This document shows positions 59,621 through 64,000 of a DNA stretch of 64,000 nucleotides, piece after piece. Both the position numbers and the translations under genes were made by a program. Position 1 is the stretch's first letter. Each line of letters starts with the position of its first letter. The stretch lies in sequence record SRR33789315_30; one strand, 5' to 3'. Below the pieces are notes generated by a model. The model ran no database searches and had not been told where the DNA came from. It was given only the letters and a program-made list of their open reading frames with translations.

Positions 59621-62600
59621 AAGTTTACTCCAAAACCAAAGGACATTCTAAAACCATCATCTGAATTAAAGAAGTTAAAGGTTCCATTTACCGTGTTAGC
59701 ACTATTTATCCATAAGCCTAATCCATAGCTATCGTGCCAAACATTTGAAGGATCATCATCAAGCCATACCCTTCCTAAATCATATCCTGCAAAAATGCCA
59801 ATTTGCAGCGGAAGAAATCTCGTTTTAAACTTGTTAAAAGAATACCTCAAATCTGTGGATGTAGCAAAAGATCGCTTTCCTATAAATCGCTGAAAACGAT
59901 ATCCTCTTAATCCTGTATTCTGTCCTAATGAGGCTGCTTGATAAAATTCATATTCATCCCCTATACGCAATTGGCCTTGAGCTTGAGACTTGAGTACCCA
60001 TTTTCTATTTTTACTTAATGCGTTATAAAAACCAAGTAGCGCGTTTCCGTACCCAAAATTAGTTTCTATTTGACCCACACTATTTGTAAAACCAACTTTA
60101 AGATTCAAATCCATACCCCGCGTAGGCACGAGACGATTATCTGAAGAATGGTAATCATAACTAGCTTCTACTGTCCCAAAAAACTTTCGGTCTTCAATAC
60201 CCACATCATAATTTTCAACAAATCTATTTTCATTATCTTCTACCTCTACCCCTTGAAAAAGACCCATTAGTTTAAAAATACTTCCATAATCAGAATTACG
60301 AACCACACCAGCTGCTGCTTCTATCCTACTTATTCTTACACGGTTATAATCTTTTTCTAACGGTTGTGAATCTTCTTCATTGATAGTTTCGTTTCCATAA
60401 CCAAAAAAATTCTGCGTAAAATTAGGTGTCGTAAATCGTGCACTAATAAAAAGATTGCTCAAATTAAAAACTCCGGCAAATTCGCCTTCATATTTAATAT
60501 CAATCCCTGAAGTAGCAAAATAAAATTGAACTCCTAAATTATGTTTTTGTGAGAAAGGATCTTGACGAAAAGAATTTACAGTATAAATATTTCGCAGTCC
60601 TACACTTACTCCATTATCAGGATTATACCCTACTAAAGGCAAAATTGCATTAGATCGCAATATTTGTTTTTGATACAAATAGGTATTGTAATCATATACA
60701 TTTGTGAACTTAAAATTAGCTCCTCCCTTTCTTTCTACCGTATTTTCAAGCGTCCTATGATCATAAATTTTAAGCTTTCTCCCATTTTCTATACGATAAG
60801 TATCATTATTCTGCCCACCTATTATTCTTATAAAAATTGGGTTTGACGCATGTCCTTTTACTTCAAAAACATCATCATCATCAAGCCCATATACCCATAT
60901 CTCATTAGTCTCATTGCTATAATATTTTCTATCTAAAATAAGTTCCCCTTTTTCACCATCTTTAATTCTATAGATTTTTATGGTAGTTTCATTATCTCCT
61001 CTAATGATTTCAAAAAAATCATCTTTATCCGTTCCATTAGCCATTTGTAGCTTTGCAAAATAGTCAAAATATTTTCCTGTAATATCAACTATATTCTTTC
61101 GTCTCCCACGAAGATTTTTCTTGATTTCCTCAATAGAACTCCCTGTTCTAACTTCTTCCGGAAGGTCTAAAAAAGCAGTCTCTATAAGCTCATCTGTTAT
61201 TTTATCCTGTATAAATTGCGCTTGAGTTATCCAAACCTCTCTAGTTGAATTTTGTGTTAATGCTCTATCTAATTTAATTCCTGCATTGTTGAACCATTTT
61301 ATGTCTCGTAAGTTTTCATCATAAACTTGAAACTGTGCTGCCACATCAAATAAGGTACGTGCTACATCTAATAAAGCACCATCAAAGTTTGTAAATACCT
61401 GATCCCTATCTCTTGGAATAGGCACATATACATCTTTACCATCTCTATTTTTAAATTCTGCCCAACGCCATTGATCATTATGCCGATCCCAATCGCCTAT
61501 GAGCATATCAAAAATTCTTGCTCTTATATAGGCTTGTTCATCTACAACATTCTCTTCATCACTGCGTATTTTATCTAGAATATCATCTGTACTTTCTATA
61601 TCATCAGGGTAATTAAATATAGCGCCATCATATTCTTTTTCGGGTCGTTCAACAATTAAATAAAGTTGATCACCATAAGCCTCACTATACTTACCTAAGG
61701 CAGGCTGTTTTGGTATATAATAGAGTTTTGGATTGGTATGAAATACTTTAATCGCCTCACTCAATTTAGGAATTGCTAATGCCCCATAAGGATGGGCTGC
61801 AGTATAAAAATCTTGCACGATTGACTCTGTAACTGTATTTCTTAAATCCTCTTCAATCTCATTATCAGGCATTAAGGAGGTTTGTATGAATTGAACTGCA
61901 CTTTTTCGCAAAGCGCGCATATTATAATCTCTTCCTTTTTTATCTTTTAAACGTAACGAAACTGTTTGATGTCCTCCACCTGGTCTAACTACTTCCAGAC
62001 CTCCATAAAGTGTATCAAGTAAGGCTACTTTGGCTTCTATTTGCTTGCCATAAATATTTCTATAATGCTCTCCCCAGATAGATTCGAACAGTTCAGATTT
62101 TTTGGTTTCATCTATAGAATATATAGAAGTTTTTACTGTTTTAGGAAGATTTTCTACGACAGCTTCTGGAATCTTTGGCTCTTCTACTGGTTGAAAAATT
62201 TGTCGGGTATATACTAATTTTGGTTGGTTATTTTCACCTGATCCAAAATAGCGTACCCAAGTCTCACCCTCTTTAAAAATATCAAGTACCGCAAAACCTT
62301 GGCCACTATAAGCAAATAGGCCATCTCCACCCAAGACGGCATATGATGCCTTAGAACCAGATCCAGAAATAATTTGCTTCACTTCATCATGTTCTATATA
62401 CTGTAAAGAGTGTTCATGGCCAGAAGCAAAAATGATTCTATGGTGATCATCTATTAATACTTTAAGACGCTTCATCAACTCGTTATATTTTTCATTATAA
62501 CGGTCTTGCTTAGAAATACCCCCTTGAGTTCTTATTTGTGTGATAAGTGATGCAAAAATGGGAATAGGAATTTTCTTTTGAGATGGAAATAAATGTTTAG

Positions 62601-63330
62601 TTATGGCAAATTTACCTCCATGTACACCATTTGTATACATAGGATGATGCATTGCTATAAGAACAGTTTTTTCTTGGTTTTTTTTTATCTCACCCTCTAA
62701 CTCAAGAAAAAATTTCTCTCGGGTTTTAATGTTACATTTATCATTAATTTTTGGGTTTTTATCCCAATCTTCAAGATACCACTGTGTATCTATGATAATC
62801 ATATGAACCTCGTCATCAATATCATAACTCACCAATGGACAACCATCTTCAGGTAAAAAAACTTTTTTATCTTTTAATTTACTCTGAAAATACTTTTCTT
62901 GTCTTTGTAGCCCTTCTACCCCGTGATTATACCAATCATGATTGCCTGGAATAAAAATAACTTCGCCTTTATAATCTTTAACTGCATTGTACTGAATATC
63001 CAGCCTATATTCTGAAAGTGCTCTAGACTCACTTTCTTTTGGAGGCATACCTTCTGGATAGATATTATCTCCTAAAAAAAGAGTAAAATGATCATTATTA
63101 TTTTCTACAGAATCCAAATAGTTTTTAAGCACTTTAAGTCCTACAGTGCTTTCTCCCATCTGCGCATAGCCTGCATCACCAACAAGATAAAAGGTCTTTA
63201 CTGGATTCTTTGTTTTAGGATAAATCTCTATATCAGACTGCTTATCTTTATATAAAGGGATGTCATAAGTAGCACAAGAAGCAAAAATGAAGAAGCTGAA
63301 AAATGTTAGAACTATGTTATTTTTTGACAT
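59617..63330 (-). CDS. Metallophosphoesterase-Omp85/BamA-type barrel fusion lipoprotein
   Basis: Lipobox FASC; calcineurin-like motifs GDAG, GDNIY, GNHDW, HHP, GHEH; C-terminal barrel with LRGY and terminal Phe. Confidence 0.88.
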   Translation of the reverse strand: MSKNNIVLTFFSFFIFASCATYDIPLYKDKQSDIEIYPKTKNPVKTFYLVGDAGYAQMGESTVGLKVLKNYLDSVENNNDHFTLFLGDNIYPEGMPPKESESRALSEYRLDIQYNAVKDYKGEVIFIPGNHDWYNHGVEGLQRQEKYFQSKLKDKKVFLPEDGCPLVSYDIDDEVHMIIIDTQWYLEDWDKNPKINDKCNIKTREKFFLELEGEIKKNQEKTVLIAMHHPMYTNGVHGGKFAITKHLFPSQKKIPIPIFASLITQIRTQGGISKQDRYNEKYNELMKRLKVLIDDHHRIIFASGHEHSLQYIEHDEVKQIISGSGSKASYAVLGGDGLFAYSGQGFAVLDIFKEGETWVRYFGSGENNQPKLVYTRQIFQPVEEPKIPEAVVENLPKTVKTSIYSIDETKKSELFESIWGEHYRNIYGKQIEAKVALLDTLYGGLEVVRPGGGHQTVSLRLKDKKGRDYNMRALRKSAVQFIQTSLMPDNEIEEDLRNTVTESIVQDFYTAAHPYGALAIPKLSEAIKVFHTNPKLYYIPKQPALGKYSEAYGDQLYLIVERPEKEYDGAIFNYPDDIESTDDILDKIRSDEENVVDEQAYIRARIFDMLIGDWDRHNDQWRWAEFKNRDGKDVYVPIPRDRDQVFTNFDGALLDVARTLFDVAAQFQVYDENLRDIKWFNNAGIKLDRALTQNSTREVWITQAQFIQDKITDELIETAFLDLPEEVRTGSSIEEIKKNLRGRRKNIVDITGKYFDYFAKLQMANGTDKDDFFEIIRGDNETTIKIYRIKDGEKGELILDRKYYSNETNEIWVYGLDDDDVFEVKGHASNPIFIRIIGGQNNDTYRIENGRKLKIYDHRTLENTVERKGGANFKFTNVYDYNTYLYQKQILRSNAILPLVGYNPDNGVSVGLRNIYTVNSFRQDPFSQKHNLGVQFYFATSGIDIKYEGEFAGVFNLSNLFISARFTTPNFTQNFFGYGNETINEEDSQPLEKDYNRVRISRIEAAAGVVRNSDYGSIFKLMGLFQGVEVEDNENRFVENYDVGIEDRKFFGTVEASYDYHSSDNRLVPTRGMDLNLKVGFTNSVGQIETNFGYGNALLGFYNALSKNRKWVLKSQAQGQLRIGDEYEFYQAASLGQNTGLRGYRFQRFIGKRSFATSTDLRYSFNKFKTRFLPLQIGIFAGYDLGRVWLDDDPSNVWHDSYGLGLWINSANTVNGTFNFFNSDDGFRMSFGFGVNF

Positions 63331-63386
63331 CTACTATTTATAAGTATATTTATTAGTAATTTTCACTAAGCAGAAATGTAAGATAT

Positions 63387-64000
63387 ATGGCTGAAATAGC
63401 AGAAGCTAAAATAGAGATAGTAGAAAAAGCTGATGACTTTGTTCTTCAATTGTTCAAGGAAAAACTTCCTAATTCCTACCTGTACCATAATTACAACCAT
63501 ACGTATAGAGTGGTTAAAAGTACTAAAGAAATTATCGAAAATACTGAATTAAATGTTAAACAGAAAGAAGCTGTACTGCTTGCTGCCTGGCTGCATGACA
63601 CGGGTTATAGTGAGACGTTGGCTGAACATGAAGAAGCCAGTATTAAAATAAGCGAAGAGTTTTTGCGATCACAACAAGTAGATAGTGATCAAATTGAATT
63701 AGTGTCTTCACTTATTAGATCTACAAAGATGAGTGTTGAGCCCAAAAACATTCTAGAATGGATATTGAATGATGCTGATGCCTCTCATTTTGCGAAAGAT
63801 CATTTTGATAGTACAAGTGAATTTTTAAGACAAGAATTAAATCTTACAGGTGTTGCATCTTATAGCCCTGAAGAATGGCTGGATGAAAACATCAAGATGT
63901 TTACTAATACGCATAGGTTTTATACAGATTATGCACTAAAGGAATGGAAGCCACAAAAAGATAAAAATCTTATTAATCTTATAGAAGCTAAGCAAAAAAT
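63387..64000 (+). CDS. HD-domain protein (partial, runs off the window); homologs often carry a C-terminal DUF5706/Pycsar-effector-like membrane domain
   Basis: ATG at 63387 and open to the window end, so it is missing from the ORF track: MAEIAEAK...YHNYNHT...AAWLHDTGY...HEE...DADASH. Confidence 0.8.
   Translation, partial: MAEIAEAKIEIVEKADDFVLQLFKEKLPNSYLYHNYNHTYRVVKSTKEIIENTELNVKQKEAVLLAAWLHDTGYSETLAEHEEASIKISEEFLRSQQVDSDQIELVSSLIRSTKMSVEPKNILEWILNDADASHFAKDHFDSTSEFLRQELNLTGVASYSPEEWLDENIKMFTNTHRFYTDYALKEWKPQKDKNLINLIEAKQK

Noticed and set aside
434-60846. Numerous short (60-170 aa) ORFs in the track that overlap long genes, for example 8516-9028, 24791-25141, 9764-10069 and 11667-11870
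   Set aside because: They are antisense or alternate-frame shadows of well-supported CDSs and have no recognisable motifs.
63387-64000. Calling a Pycsar anti-phage system
   Set aside because: Only the HD domain is visible; neither an effector domain nor a pyrimidine cyclase is in the window.
1-64000. tRNA, rRNA, CRISPR arrays, IS elements, integrases
   Set aside because: None recognised: intergenic gaps are short and AT-rich, with no repeat-spacer pattern or transposase motifs.

Overview
AT-rich Bacteroidota (probably Flavobacteriaceae) chromosomal window, judged from TAnnTTTG promoters, a hybrid two-component system (HTCS) and the protein families present. From left to right: (1) the 3' end of a probable type I restriction subunit gene (hsdR); (2) a GC-richer minus-strand operon, tldD (Tat signal)-tldE-DUF4159-moxR-DUF58-batA-like-DUF4175-like-membrane protein; (3) an orphan HTCS; (4) a ~41-kb Wzx/Wzy-type surface polysaccharide region (16.1-57.1 kb); (5) dps, mscS, a beta-propeller-like lipoprotein, a metallophosphoesterase-Omp85 fusion and the start of an HD-domain gene. 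The polysaccharide region contains wzi, a PHP phosphatase, wzc, wza, gmd/fcl, a complete sulfate uptake and activation module (SLC13, cysC, cysD, cysN, cysQ), two sulfotransferase-like genes, four acetyltransferases, nine glycosyltransferases, two Wzy/WaaL-like proteins, uxs, wcaJ and a convergent pglC/F/E-ugd-dehydrogenase-epimerase block. The best leads are a self-contained pathway for a sulfated, acetylated fucose/xylose/uronate polysaccharide, a possibly exported TldD/E protease with a Cys-to-Asp metal-ligand swap coupled to a MoxR/vWA system, a candidate HTCS-activated small RNA, and a kinase-like domain inside the phosphoesterase-Omp85 protein. All calls come from reading motifs by eye; no searches were run.
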